Part shown: in pieces, positions 1 through 12,462 of the stretch | Layout: the number at the start of each line of letters is the position of its first letter | Numbering within the stretch: position 1 is the first letter of the stretch | From: Catajapyx aquilonaris | Lineage: Eukaryota | Assembly: GCA_000934665.2 (NCBI GenBank) | Contig: KZ538906.1 | Span: 1-41,054, forward strand | Length of the DNA stretch: 41,054 bases | Reading direction: 5' to 3' | Program-made: the position numbers and the translations under genes | The notes under the pieces: generated by a model | Database searches by the model: none | What the model was told of the DNA's origin: nothing | The model's input: only the letters and a program-made list of their open reading frames with translations

Positions 1-12
1 TAGTATGTTTAC

Positions 13-168
13 CTCCTAACTAGTCCAAACAAATCCCTGAGGTCAATTCTTGCCGTCCCGTCATTTCCGTCTACACCCCCTTCATTGCCTGGACTATAAG
101 TAATAAAATTCAAATCGGGATCATAAACCTCGGGGGCTTTTGCACTGGTGTGTGGCTCAGATGTTCCT
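13..168 (-). CDS. Possible internal coding exon of a gene extending left of the window
   Basis: Open frame GTSEPHTSAKAPEVYDPDLNFITYSPGNEGGVDGNDGTARIDLRDLFGLVR, bounded by an acceptor (tttctgggcAG) and a donor (AG|GTAAAC), phase 2-2. No homology recognised. Confidence 0.35.
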
Positions 169-1139
169 CTGCCCAGAAATAAATAGGCATTCAATTATCT
201 CGTGTGTTTGTGAGAAAATTATTTTCTTCCAAACCATGTTTTGCGAAGTTAACAATGTTCAACAATGGCTCCACTGTTTACCTTTGACTTCAAAGCTTAA
301 CAAAGCCGATAAGTAGAGAGGGTATGAGTTGTACTCAAAGTCTACATGTTTCATTTGCCCACAAATATTTTTTTGCAAAGATTTTTTTTGCGAAAACTGC
401 TAAAATGTCGTAAAACAGCATTTTTGCCAATTTTTTGCGCGGTTGCTAATTATACATTCGCAATTATTTTATATCGAAAATTCAGACCTACGTAGGCAGT
501 TGTTCCATTCCAAATTTGGTTTTTCGGTAACGTATAGGAAAATTGGTACACGCGTCCACAGTTGAGAAAAAATGAACTTCAAGAAATAGCAGATTTGGTA
601 CCCCTGCGGTTATGATTTTTTTCAGGGCAAATAAAAAATGAGACTGAAAAATAGCCAGTGTCATTCGTCATCATTTCGACAGCGGTACTTCGTGTAATTT
701 TTCCGTAATAATCGGAGACCAAGCCCTGACAACTTTTCTCGATCTGGCCTGATTTGAAATGAAACTGCCCATATACTACAGCCTGAATACAGTATGCTAA
801 TGAATGTTCTCAGCTCAAGAAGCTCTCTCTCTCTGCCCTTGGCCACCTCACGGGCCTGTTCTCTACATGAAGCCACTTCAGAGTCACATGTGAAGGGCCA
901 CGGTAGCACAGAAGCCCTCCAGCCTTACAAGCCCAGTTCACAAACCAGTGCATCCTTGGCACACAGGCTAGTCTCAAGTGCTCTTGGAATGAGAATCGAT
1001 GCCCCTCCAGGAAAGAGAGAAGATGATCTAACCGAGGCAACTCAGATGAGAGGCCAAAGGTGACTAGCTGCCAGTTCTAACTTTTGTGAGTGAATGTTAT
1101 GGTCAAACTTAAGAGTACATTTAGGGTTGGTTTATGAGT

Positions 1140-1557
1140 GATTTTTTTATTTTATATTTTATAGATATACCCCGTGCTAGGTCCATGGGCCCTCTTAGGG
1201 GAGTGGATTTCCACTATCGTGCAGGGATAGGATAGGGATAATGAGGGGGGGGGACACTGGTGCAAGTGCAATGTCATAAAGTTGGGGGTTGTGTGCAGTC
1301 CCTCAGGGGGACCATTCGCCAAGATGAGGCCCTAGATGCGAGTCAGAAACCCCCTCTGACCCGCACCTCCTCCAGGGCAGGGAAAGGAAGGAAGCGGCTG
1401 TGGCCTATTTTATGGTACGATCCCGGAAATTTTTCCTGGGGCGACCTTGGGAAACCACAGAAAACCAAGGTCAGGATCGCCGGCCTCCGGGATTCGAACC
1501 CAGGACCTCCCGATTAGCAGTCGGACACCGTATCCACTCCACCACTACTGCTTCGGT
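1140..1557 (-). mobile_element. tRNA-derived SINE, family A head with extended chimeric body
   Basis: A/B-box head (gtggtggagtgg...gactgctaatc...ggttcgaatccc) matches copies at 19087 and 23168. Body has GACATTGCACTTGCAC. 3' end is cccctaagagggccc...cctagcacggggtat plus an A-rich tail. Confidence 0.8.
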
Positions 1558-2312
1558 TGGTCATGAGCGATTAATCATATGTGAATGACTTGACCTGGGA
1601 TGAGTACTCTTCTTGCTTAGAAGTTTACAAGCTGGCCATGATTTATGCAGTAGGTTACACCTAGCTGTCACATTAAAAGTTGTATGGTGATGCTGACTTT
1701 TGGAGCTTACACTCGCATGTATTGATTGATTGATTGAGTGGACTTTTAACGGTGCGGCTATTCTGCGCCAAATATATGCTACATTGTTTTCCCATATCGA
1801 TCGTTGTTTTCTGGGCATGTCAACAAAAGCAATAAATCAAGGTATCACTGCAGTTTAGCATGATTAAGGTCATACATCCAACATTGTCCTAACACTTGTG
1901 TCACAGCCATGGCTCTGTCCCAGAGGAAACTGTCAGGAGCCTGTCACCTGCATGCAGACCTCGTTATGAGTAACGTACACATTCCAACAATGAGAACAAG
2001 TTGCCTGCGTAATTCATCCATCCAGAGAATGGGAGTGATGTCACAAGAATTCAGTTGCTAGTTTAAGGACAGACATTGTTGAGCCACTGTTGCCCATTGC
2101 AACATTACCTATATTCTCCCGCTGAATAATGAGACTGCTGGACTGAATATTTAACATATCCCAAATTTAATTCATACATATGTACGTAATTATGCACAAC
2201 TCGAAATATTAATTTCTACGAACAAATTTACAATACCAGGAAACTCAAATTTAAAAAAAAAAAAAAACGGACGCCATCTTACAAGGGTTCGTTACACCTC
2301 CATTCAGCCGAT

Positions 2313-2333
2313 TCAGGCTTTGTACTGCAGTGC
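2313..2333 (-). CDS. Ankyrin-repeat protein, terminal coding exon (ALQYKA*)
   Basis: Strong polypyrimidine acceptor ccctctctctcttgcAG (2335-2334); phase 0 matches the donor GTGAGC at 2460; TGA at 2315-2313. Confidence 0.65.
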   Translation of the reverse strand, partial: ALQYKA

Positions 2334-2460
2334 CTGCAAGAGAGAGAGGGAAACCTTTGTCATATTATAACTGAACTCTGTCGAGCAATAAATTTATGTT
2401 CATTCACGAGTCTATTCTTCTGTTAGGTTAAAACGTTAAATGGTCAGTGGACAAGCTCAC

Positions 2461-3030
2461 CTCCAGATACTGCACAACGTGTGCCTGGTTCTTAATCCTG
2501 GCGAGGTCGAGGGCCACGAGGCCACCAGTATCCTTGGCGGAGATGCTGGCCCCCGCCTCCACCAGGAATTTGACCACTTCTAGGTGGCCTTGTTTGGCAG
2601 CATGATGTACGGGAGTGTAGTTTAGTAACGCTCCATTATTTATGCTGGCTCCTTGGGACACTAGGTACTTTACCACGGCCACATGGCCTTCCACAGCCGC
2701 ATAGTGAATGGGCTCATCATCGTCCACATCTTGAGCATTCACTTCCGCCCCTCCGCGGATCAATAAGTCGCAGGTGGATGGATGCCCTCTCATCGCAGCC
2801 AGGTGAAGGGGAGTGTCCTTGGCCAGTCCCACTTGGTCAACTGGCCATCCTTGCCTGATGAGATAGGCGACTATCTCATCGTGGCCTTTGTGGGCGGCCA
2901 GGTGGAGCCCGCTCCAGCGATACTCTTCTTCGACGAGGTACACGAGCTCTGCGACTCCACCTAGCTTCTCCACCATGCCCCGCACGTCCTTCAGGCTTCC
3001 CGTTTCACAGGCCTTCAAAAACGGGTAGCT
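2461..3030 (-). CDS. Ankyrin-repeat protein, main exon (~5 ankyrin repeats)
   Basis: Repeated ANK consensus (SGLHLAAHKGH, TPLHLAAMRGH, EPIHYAAVEGH, TPVHHAAKQGH, ALDLA). Acceptor tttcctctAG at 3032-3031, donor GAG|GTGAGC; 570 nt, phase 0-0. Confidence 0.92.
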
Positions 3031-4197
3031 CTAGAGGAAATATTGGAGGTATGACTCCTTGCACATGAACAATTAATTCTTGGCAGCTCTGCCGCATCAT
3101 ACGCACAGAACAGACGAACTCCGGACTCATTGCACTCTTTAATTGCTATGGACCCTTATGTATAATTAAGAGTAAAGAGCATACTTTTGCTTGCCATTGT
3201 TAACATGAAATCTGATGGCATACAACTGGGGATTTACAAAGTTGTTCTCTGCAACCAATGGGTGCCTTGCAGTGTAATTGAGGGGTTCTCTGCAGAGTAG
3301 GTAAGTAGGTTAAGTGGAAAAACCTACTTTACAGGCTTTTCACCTTAAAACGCAGGAAAATATTCAACCAGACCTACTGCAGAGATCTCTAAGGCCTATG
3401 TGGCAAAAAGGCTATAATCACATTAGTCTTGCACCTGAATCTGCTCATAGTGTACGTAGATAATGCTGTAGTCTTAGTAGACTAGGTAGATGGTGATGCC
3501 ACCGTCTCCACAAAACTGTTGTCCATGTGAGATCATACAAAACAATTCAAAAGATCACCCAACATGTTTCTATGAAACCGAAGTTTGGAATTTACAGTCG
3601 AATTTTGTCAAGCTCTAATAAGCAAGATATTTTAAAAACCCGCTAGTGCCCATAGGTGACGAGCAAGGGCGAGGTCAAAAATGGGGACTCTCATTCCATT
3701 TTGATACCGGTACTTACAATATCCCTATGATTTCAGTAACTGTGCATCCCACATACAAGCAAAAGGTGGGCTTCAGTTCTAAAAGGTATACAACAATAAA
3801 TTATTGATGATAACAAAAAAAAAAATCAGATTAAAATTACGTGTCATTTAGGCAGGTAGAAATTCGTGACCCTTGACCTCACAAACCTAATAAACCTGAA
3901 AATTCTGAAAGTTTTGCATTAATCTCACAATGGTCAAAAATGGAACACGCGAGGGTCAGTGACCTCAACAATTTTTCGGAAGCTTGAAGAATATGATTTC
4001 CAGGTCTGATATTTTGACCCCAAGGAAAAGTATGCTCTAAAAATTCAAGTGTTCGAAAGACATGATAGAAATTAGACACACCGGGTTCTCCCAGAAACAG
4101 TGTGGGTGATGTACTGCACAGAAACAGGGAATGGAAATGTACTTTTCTCAGCAAACGGAAAAGTACCTAAAATATTTAAAAAAAGGGTTGTACTGAC

Positions 4198-4254
4198 CAC
4201 GTCCATCTCCTCATCACTGCCCATGCCACTCCACTTGCAGACAGTGACGGGCAT
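4198..4254 (-). CDS. Ankyrin-repeat protein, first coding exon (MPVTVCKWSGMGSDEEMDV; start could be the ATG at 4224)
   Basis: ATG-initiated frame ending GTG|GTCAGT, a phase-0 donor that joins in frame to SYPFLKACETG of the main exon. Confidence 0.65.
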
Positions 4255-5852
4255 CTTCGTAGCTTTATCGTAGAGCGTGGTAAAAAACTTTGGTAAAAAG
4301 GCAGAGGAATTGTATGTGTGCTCTTCTCTCCTGAGACCGTGATCTGAATGGAACAGGGAACAGCACCAGCGTTGCCAACCTCGCGGGAGAGCAGGATTGC
4401 CAACCTGACGCCTACAAACTACCGTACCACTAGAATTACCATATTTCGCCTGAATTTACCGCACATTTAAAAACATGACATTTTTTAAAATAAACACTAG
4501 GGGAAATATTAGTAGATGCCCGTGAAAATGTCGTGTAAAATGTGTTCCTTACACGTCCCCTGAAATATTTTCTGGCAATTTCTGCAACTGACTTGTCTAC
4601 TGTATTCACACGCGCTCCCGCGGGAACTATTCGGGGCAAAAATAACTAAAGTTCGCTTCGAAACGCGCCTGCCGCATTTTTGCTACTGCCCCGCCTTAAT
4701 TGGGGATGATGTACCGAGTAATGATGGTTGTGGGGATATTAATAGTAAGAAGGAAGTTGCAGCTGCTATTTCAGAACTATATATTATGCAAATACCATGG
4801 GGTTGATGCACGGGTTGATGCCATTTCTTCGGAAATGGCGAGGTGTGGCGGTGATGATGTAGTTACTCGTATTTATTTGGCTATTATATATAGGGTTTCT
4901 TTTGAGAATGGTGTAGTTCCTAGGGATAGGAGGGATGCTATTATAGTACCTCTGTAGAAGGGTAAGGGAGATGTGTGTGACTGCGAGAATTATCGTGGCA
5001 TTAGTTTGTTGAGTGTACCAGGAAAAGTGTATGTAAAGGTTCTGATAGAAAGAGTTAAGAGGGTCGCACGTCAGAGAATACTGAATATTCAGAGTGGGTT
5101 TATGTCGGGTAAGAGTTGTGTAGATCAAATATTCTGTATGAGACTCGTGATAGAAAAGTATTTAGCTGTAAACTAAAAGGTTTATTATGTTGCCTTTGAA
5201 GACCAAGAGCTAGACTTAGAGAAAGCATATGACACAGTAAGCAGGGATGGTTGTGGGAAGTTCTGAGTCTCTATGGAGTGAAGGGCCGCCTGCTGGAGGC
5301 TGTAAAGTCATTGTATGAAGAGTACGTCGAGCTTGTGTTAGAACTATAGTGGGGGTTTCTCTGACTGGTTTAACATTAGTGTTGGGGTTAAGCAGGGTTG
5401 TGTCATGTCTCCCTGGTTATTTAACTTGTACTTAGATGCATGTGTAAGGGAAGCAATGATTGAAGGTGTAGGAGTACATTTTGGTGACGAGATACTAAGT
5501 TGTTAGTCACTTGCTGTATGGAAATGATTCTGCCCTTCTGGCGGAGAGTGAGGTTACAGTTTATCCTATGCTCATTAGACAATGATGTTTGTGAGAATAA
5601 GGGCATGCAGATTAACGCAGATAAGACTAAGGTATTGGTATTTGAGAAAGGACAGCAGGTTTCTCCTTGTATGCTGCAGGAACGAGGAAAACCTGTTGGG
5701 CAGGTGAATCTGTTTGTATACCTGGGTAGTGTCCTTGAGAGTAATGGTAGAATGGATGGGGAGATAGACAGGAGAGTTCGTTCGGGGTTGAAAGTGATAG
5801 GTGCCACAAGTAAGTTTTCTAGAAACAAGGACATCTTATTCTGCCTATAGGT

Positions 5853-6294
5853 CAGGGGTATTCAACTAGTTTATGACAAGGTCCAGTATTTACCTTTCCT
5901 GGGCCATTGAAGGTCCGCCCNNNNNNCCCCCCCCCCCGGGTACAGATATGGATTTTATATGGTACAACAGGGTTCATTTTTGAAAATAGAAACATGTGCA
6001 GCAAGGGTAGAAGGGCTTATTAAGACATTTTCGCCCTTTATGAAGTCCTGTACAGGCGCGTAGGCAGATTTCTTTTTCGGAGGGGCGCCGAACAAGCCGT
6101 AAAGGACAGAGAGCCAGCCACCCGCAGACGAAATTTTTTGTACGGGTTCAAGGAGATTTGAAGCACTTTTTCCATAAAATCATGAATCAGTAATTTCTAA
6201 TGCTATTTCAAACTGTCATGTATATTGTCGCGGTCCAGACAAAATTGCGTCGCGGTCCGGATGCGGACCGCGGTCCGCCAGTTGAATAGATCTG
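5853..6294. mobile_element. Non-autonomous hAT element inserted in the RTE
   Basis: Imperfect TIR CAGGGGTATTCAACT / AGTTGAATAGATCTG; perfect 8-bp TSD CTATAGGT (5845-5852, 6295-6302); GC-rich subterminal palindrome cgcggtccggatgcggaccgcg. Confidence 0.88.
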
Positions 6295-6852
6295 CTATAG
6301 GTTGTCTGTCTATTCTCACGTTAGTGTTCCTTCACTTATGTATGGTAGGCCTAGTGAAGTGTGGGTTTGGTCAGATAGGCATAAGAGTAGGGTGTTGGCT
6401 ACAGAGATGCGTTATCTCCGGGCTGCTTGTGGGGTTACCAAGTTCGATAGGATTAGGAATGAGGAGATTTTGGAGAGGTGTAATGCTAAGGAGACTGTTA
6501 AAGATAAGGTGTGTAGGTCTACTCTAAGGTGGTTTGGCCATGTGGAGAGGATGAAGGAGGAGGAGATTGTGAAGAAGGTTTATTTGGGTGTAGTAGTTGG
6601 TAAGAGGGGCAAGGGTAGGCCTAGGAAGACATGGTTGGACCAGGTGGGTCAGTGTCTTAAGGGTGTTGCTAGTGTTAAGCCGAGACGTTCTTGTGTCAAT
6701 AGGACCATGGACGTGGCTGAGGCTAGGGTTGTTTCTTTAGACAGGTGTAAATGGCGTAGGTTGATTAATGGGGGTGAGTAATAGCTAGAGGAGGAGGGAG
6801 GTACACAGGGAGGGGGTAGTTTATAGTTTTATTTTGACAAGTTTTAATTGAA

Positions 6853-7095
6853 GGGTGGACAATGCGAAGGTCCTAAGTGCCAAAAAATCCGGATTTGAGT
6901 TATGAGTGTCAAGGTATCCTATGTGTCATCGCCAATGTTGGGTAGAAGTCACAAGTGCCAGAAAAATCAGTAAGGTTCTGCATTTGGCCAGTAGATGGGG
7001 AGGTTGCCCATTTTGTTTTGTTTTGTTGAGGAGACAGAAACGTGCATAACTCAAAGTCAGGGTTTTGGCACTTAGGACCTTTGCATTGTCTACCC
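6853..7095. mobile_element. MITE with ~30-bp TIRs in the RTE 3' region
   Basis: gggtggacaatgcgaaggtcctaagtgccaaaa versus ttttggcacttaggacctttgcattgtctaccc; flanks TGAA/TTAA (possibly a mutated TTAA TSD). Superfamily uncertain. Confidence 0.7.
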
Positions 7096-7189
7096 TTAAA
7101 TTGAGTTCATATATGGAGTTAACTTGCGTCTCCCTTCATCGCTGACTACCCCTTATAGGGAAATGTCATGAAGGTGTTGCTGTTGTTGC

Positions 7190-7600
7190 AGGGAGGCGAA
7201 ATGGCGCTTTGGTAATGCACGTGCCCATGGATGTTGAGGTCCCGGTTAGATCACAGCCCGGGGACACCCCCTTCATCTCGTGCAGAGTTCAGGGTCACCT
7301 CTGGCTTCGTCTCGGGTGGTATTTCCAACAGCCTAAACCACCCGGGGAGTTCACTAAAAATGGCCACACAAGGACATTGCATTGCGTCTGCACCTTGCAC
7401 ATCCCCTCCTGTCACCCTGCCGATGGGCCCGGGCACTTCGTCAAAGGTTCCAATTGTGTACGTTGCACAAGTTAGTAAATAAAGGTCCGTGAAATACCCC
7501 AAGAGGGGTCCAAGCACTACCCGGATTTATTACTATTTATTATTATTTATATTGTTGTTGTTGTTATTATTGTTATTATTATTATTTTTATTTTTATCAT
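7190..7600 (+). mobile_element. tRNA-derived SINE, family B
   Basis: Similar to copies at 21231, 23610, 27047(-) and 37735 (ccttcatctcgtgcagagtt...ccacccggggagttcac...ttgcacatcccctcc); (ATT)n tail. Confidence 0.85.
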
Positions 7601-7789
7601 TATTAACTTCCACTTGTGCAGTGGCATAGCGAGGGTTAGGAGTGCCCGGGGCAGATCTAAAATTTGCCCCCCCCCCTACAATTACCATTTAATTTCATTA
7701 ATTGCAGGCAAAAATTTTAAGATCAAAATGCTAGTATTGGAAAAAGGTCAAGTAAAGGTGTCATATGTTTATTTCATACAGTATATTCA

Positions 7790-8668
7790 TTGCCACGGCC
7801 CCGAAGTGGTCGGCCACGATCAGTCGTGACGGAGGAGAACACAGCGGCTGTGGCGTCTGCATTTGCCAGCAGTCCAGGCAAGTCCACTCGACGTGCTTCA
7901 GCAGAGCTAGGCATCAAGGAAACCTCCTTTCGACATATCCTGCGCGATCTGGGACTGAAACCATTCAGGCCCACCTTGGTTCATGGCCTGCTTGAAGATG
8001 ATTACGATTGCCGTGTTGAGTTCTGCCAGAAGTGGCTACAGAAGCTGGAAGATAACTCAGAGTTGCAGGACCTGATTTTGTGGAGCGACGAGTGCAGTTT
8101 CCAGCTCAATGGACACGTTAATCGACACAATTGTGTTTATTGGAGCACTGAAAATCCGCACCGTCTGCTGGAAGTTCCAATGAAATGTCCTGGTGTCATG
8201 GTATGGGGAGGAATGTGGTCTGGAGGCATTTTGGGACCCTTCTTATTCCCAGATGACAAAGTCACTGGCGAAACGTACCTGGCCATGCTGGACAATGAGA
8301 TGCTGCCAGACTTGACTGCTTCAACGGATGTTGAGAAGATGTGGTTCATGCAAGACGGTGCACCTGCCCACTACGCCACCATCGTCAGGGATTTCTTGGA
8401 CGATACTTTCCTGGGGCGTTGGCTTGGCCGGTGTGGCGCGGTGGACTGGCCACCACGATCCCGCGATCTGACGCCTCCAGATTTTTTTGTGTGGGTTGTG
8501 TTGAAAGAGAAAGTATACGCCCAGAAGCCCAAAACTCTTCCACAATTACGGGAGAAGATGCGGGAGAGCTTTGCAACAATTTCTCTGGACTTGTCTGCCA
8601 AAGTGTGCAGGTCTGTCCAGGGTCGACTCCGTGAGTGCCTCGGCAGTGATGGCAGACAAGTTCTGTGA
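7790..8668 (+). mobile_element. Tc1/mariner-superfamily DD41D (rosa/Visitor) transposase, N-terminally truncated
   Basis: GRPR linker, WSDE, HNCVYWSTENPH, MQDGAPAH and WPPRSRDLTPPDFF; 41 residues counted between the 2nd and 3rd Asp. Frame open for 292 codons but the first HTH and 5' TIR are missing; a hAT-like end (cagtggcatagc, ~7619) lies upstream. Confidence 0.9.
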
Positions 8669-8740
8669 CCTCCTGTATAGTCAGACATCACAGCATCAGG
8701 TTTGAAAAATACCTGTATGAATTACACTAATACGCAAGGT

Positions 8741-10530
8741 TTTGTTGTTTTGAAATGGAAATGTCTATCTGAACGGATTTTCTCTGCAGATTACGAAAAT
8801 GACATTGAAAATCTCCTACCACGTCAAGTTTTCGAGTTACAGGGTGTGTCATAAATTCACGTGGGTATGTCCACATGTCCAGCGCGTGACGTGGATGGAG
8901 TTGACCTACAGCAATGTCCTTACACCACATTGTCCTGACACTCATCCTTGTTACTACCACCAAGTTTCATTCCGATTTCATCATTCCACTGGGAGTTATG
9001 CACCTCAGAACGTGTAAAAGTGTGGGTCGGAGGTGCATATCGGTGAATTCGCTTTGCCCCCCCCCACACCCCGCCCGCGGGGCTGCGCCCCACTTGCACG
9101 CCTGCGGCGCGAATTGGTCCGCTCCCATGCATGTCCCCCTCGGTCTCCGTAACTCTCCGAGGCCCAGTGCACCCGGCCGCCCCACACTTACCCCACTCTC
9201 CGATGCGAACAGAGGAAGTCTTTTTACGCAAACAATGGGTCGCAGCGGGGTGGCATTCGTTTACAGAACCCGTGACGTCATCGCTAAAGGTGTTGAGTAA
9301 GAGAATGTGCCCTAGCTGACGTATGGTGAGAAAAGGCACTGAGGTGGGATTAGAGTAGATCCAGATTGTCAGCATCTGGGGGGAGGGAGCGCTGGAGAGG
9401 GGCTATTGTTCTCCGGCGGCTTAATGAGGAGCTGATGGGCAAGGTGGCATGTGCAAAATTCGACTTTTTGCCAAGTCCAAAACGGCTAGGAATTTTGCGA
9501 TTATGAGGAATTTTGGCATTGCTAAACCGGAGGCAAGAAATCCAACGGAATTTCGACCAGAGCTCTACGACCTTGGGAAGTGCGCAATCTTTTCCATCCT
9601 CCTCCTCCTCCTCCTCGGATAGGGGCTTTATATATATTAGACTTGCGGGCATCAAATAAAATCGTCATTATGTAATTAATCGAGATAACATTAATTGTGA
9701 TATTTTACAAAGAGTAGGTGGCGATGCTCTATCAACGCCATCATCAAATAAAGTGCACGACAATTCAAGATGGATCAGGAGCATCTGGAAGAGACCCCCA
9801 CCCATCCACAAAATGTGTAGTGTTGCATACGAGGGTTGAGTCAAAAGTCATGGCGCGTATTTTTTTATTCAAAACGGCAACACATACAGAGATGACCTTT
9901 GTTGAGTTTTGAAGATCAGCCGATTACAATTTTTTCTGACACATAGATGTCGCCCATATCGCAAGGGGGGAGGGGAAACAAACGGGGAATGTGACCCCCC
10001 CCCACCGCACCATCGCCGTAAGACTGACCGAGCCCGCCGCGTACGTTGCGCCTTCCCGATAAATTGCCTTTTGTGCATGGGTGGGGGTATCTTTCAAACG
10101 CTTCTGATCCATCTTGAATTGTCGTGCACTTTATTTGATGATGGCGTATGATAGAGCATCGCCACCTACTCTTCGTACAATATCACAATTAATGTTATCT
10201 CGATTAATTACACAATTATGATTTTATTTGATGCCCGCAAGTTCACAGATGTGCACCTCCAACCCACACTTTTACACCTTCTGAGGTGCATGACTCCCAG
10301 TGGAATGATGCAATCGGAATGAATCTTGGTGGTCGTAACAAGGATGAGTGTCACGACAATGTGGTGTAAGTCAACTCCATCCACGTCACGTGCTGGACAT
10401 GTGGACATACCCACGTGAATTTATGACACACCCTGTAACTCGAAAACTTGACGTGGTAGGAGATTTTCAATGTCATTTTCGTAATCTGCAGAGAAAATCC
10501 GTTCGGATACACCTGTTTATTTCAAAACAA
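8741..10530. repeat. Long interrupted inverted repeat downstream of the DD41D ORF
   Basis: 8741-9047 pairs with ~10242-10530, and 9642-9812 pairs with ~10068-10241. The left arm is split by a ~594-bp insert. A rosa-type end (acttctggcacaccctg|TA) follows at 10651-10669. Confidence 0.85.
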
Positions 10531-10961
10531 CGGAAAAAAAGTCAAAAAATGCAGATCAGTGTTATCAGAGTATGTGCTATTGTGTGATTAATTCAGTTTC
10601 AAATTAATAAATCACCGCACCAAGAAAAAAATTCCCGAATGTGTTAGACTACTTCTGGCACACCCTGTATGTCATAAAATATACTGTATTACCTTACCCA
10701 TAATTAATGATTAGTAACAGTTTCTATCAGTTTGAATATTAATATTGACATAATTTTGTCACAGTGAATTACTGTTATCATTTTATCTTCACTAAAACTG
10801 TGACAGCATGAGTCTGTTTTAATTAAGCTATAGAAATGACATGATCTCACTTCTGATTTTTCAACTATTAGAATATATTCTCTCTCTAATTACGCCCCTA
10901 CATGGAATACATTCTTTCCACAACCACCTCCACATCACTGAAAGTAGAAAATGTTACACTT

Positions 10962-11520
10962 ACATGCATTTGAAATTGTCCTGGGTTCGACTTCCACTGC
11001 AGATGCCACAGTCGTCTGTGATGAATTTGTCATAGACAACATGCTGACTGGTCCTTCAAAACTTATAGTAGCAGGCCTCGTCTCTCTTGGCTTCACTGTG
11101 AAAATATATTTTGAAGTTAATATATGGAAATGTAAACAAATCAGTCTTGGTTGAAGATAAAATAGAGGGGCAGTTCAATAGTAGATTATTATTAAGAGAC
11201 TGCTGCCATCTCTGGAAAACAACTTCCCCATTAACAGTAATCACAGAAATTTTTCACCCACATTTCAAATCAGAAACTTGACATTGACAAACATGGAATG
11301 GCACATAGGCTGTTGAATATTAGACTCATCAAAAGTCATGTAAAAAGATTCATTACACGTACATCCACGATCATGCTTGTCATTTTTGTACATCTTATTT
11401 TTCTTTGGAGCTTCATCCTCTCAATATCGGGTGTTGGGCTTCCTTTCTTCTTTTTTCGCCTTCTTCAGCTGACGTCTCTTCCGTCCATGTAGATCTATCC
11501 TGGGCCTTACTTGCCATTAT
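10962..11520 (-). pseudogene. Decayed spliced ORF remnant, possibly a DUF4806-like accessory gene of a DNA transposon
   Basis: Exon-like segments with clean splice sites: tttacAG|..DNFARAKIMASKAQDRST..(shift)..RKPNTRY, and ttcacAG|..KPRETRPATISF..ISNA|GTAAGT. Resemblance to DUF4806 N-termini is from memory only. Confidence 0.3.
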
Positions 11521-12462
11521 TTTTGCTCTTGCAAAATTGTCTGTAAATTAGGAAATATATCAGTCTTACATACTAATAAATATTTTATGACCAAATAGAC
11601 ATGTTAAACTCGTCACTGAATAGTTTTGACCAGGGCATTTTCATAGCAACAAACTACAGACTAAAGCACATAATGCAAGAAATTCAGTGACACTTAAACT
11701 AATGTTATAATTTTATCATTTTTTAACAATGAGAAAATAGCGGAAATTAGTCTGGCACTGCAGAGCTTACAACTATATCCTTAAATGAATAGAGCATATT
11801 GTCGTCACCAAGCTCGTCACACAATTGAAACACACTAACTCCAATTTTGGTGGTTTTGATTTATTTACACCAATAAACAGCATTTCTTTTACACTATCAC
11901 CTGGCAAGGTCCGTTTAGTCCTAAAATTTCATAATGAGCCAGACAGCCATGATTTTCCGTCATAACTGACATGTAAACATGTGTCATTGGGTTTATGAGG
12001 TGTGAAAAAAAGGGTTTGAAATCCATTTTGCAATTTTTCTGTTCACTGTCGTGTTCGCTTTGGGTGAACCGTGTAAATAGAATAATATTTGTTTCATCCA
12101 ATGAATTCGTTTTGGGGCATCATACGCAGTATCAACCTGGGGGACAAGTGTAAAAGCGCCTTTATCCGCTTATCCTATATTCGTCTTAGAACTTTAAAAG
12201 TGCAACGAGAGTTCTCCCAGAGAACTCATAGAAGTTTCGCGCCATCTAACACCAGCCGGTCTCTCCAGGTATCATAAAACTACTTGCCGCTTGAAAACAC
12301 GAAACCTTGAGGCCAGACTTCACCCGAATGCTACCATGCATACCATGCTCACTTGCTACGTGTCGGTCCGCTTTCAATCCAACGACGGTGGTCACCACAC
12401 CACTGTGCAGTCTATGTATACAGCCTCATGGTCTAAGGACCTAAGATGCATTCGTGTAGTCA

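Larger units (their letters stand above)
4780..7188 (+). mobile_element. Degenerate 5'-truncated RTE-clade non-LTR retrotransposon (RT and C-terminal region), interrupted by two MITEs
   Basis: RT motifs IIVPLxKGKGD, NYRGISLLSVPGKVY, QSGFMSGKSCVDQIF, DLEKAYD, GVKQGCVMSP, FVYLGS; RTE-type C-terminus LRWFGHVERM...KRGKGRPRKTW. Many stops and frameshifts; short (TTG)-like tail near 7175-7188. Confidence 0.9.

Noticed and set aside
661..1063. Overlapping short ORFs on both strands
   Set aside because: No recognisable motifs or consistent splice sites.
3560..4085. Probable repeat in ankyrin intron 1 (tgacc/ggtca motifs); similar unclassified stretches at 200-780 and 19440-20290
   Set aside because: TE-like, but I could not define paired termini or a TSD.
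7790..8668. Domesticated or active transposase
   Set aside because: Lacks a true ATG, the first HTH and the 5' TIR, and carries substitutions in conserved motifs; no clear splice link to a host exon seen.
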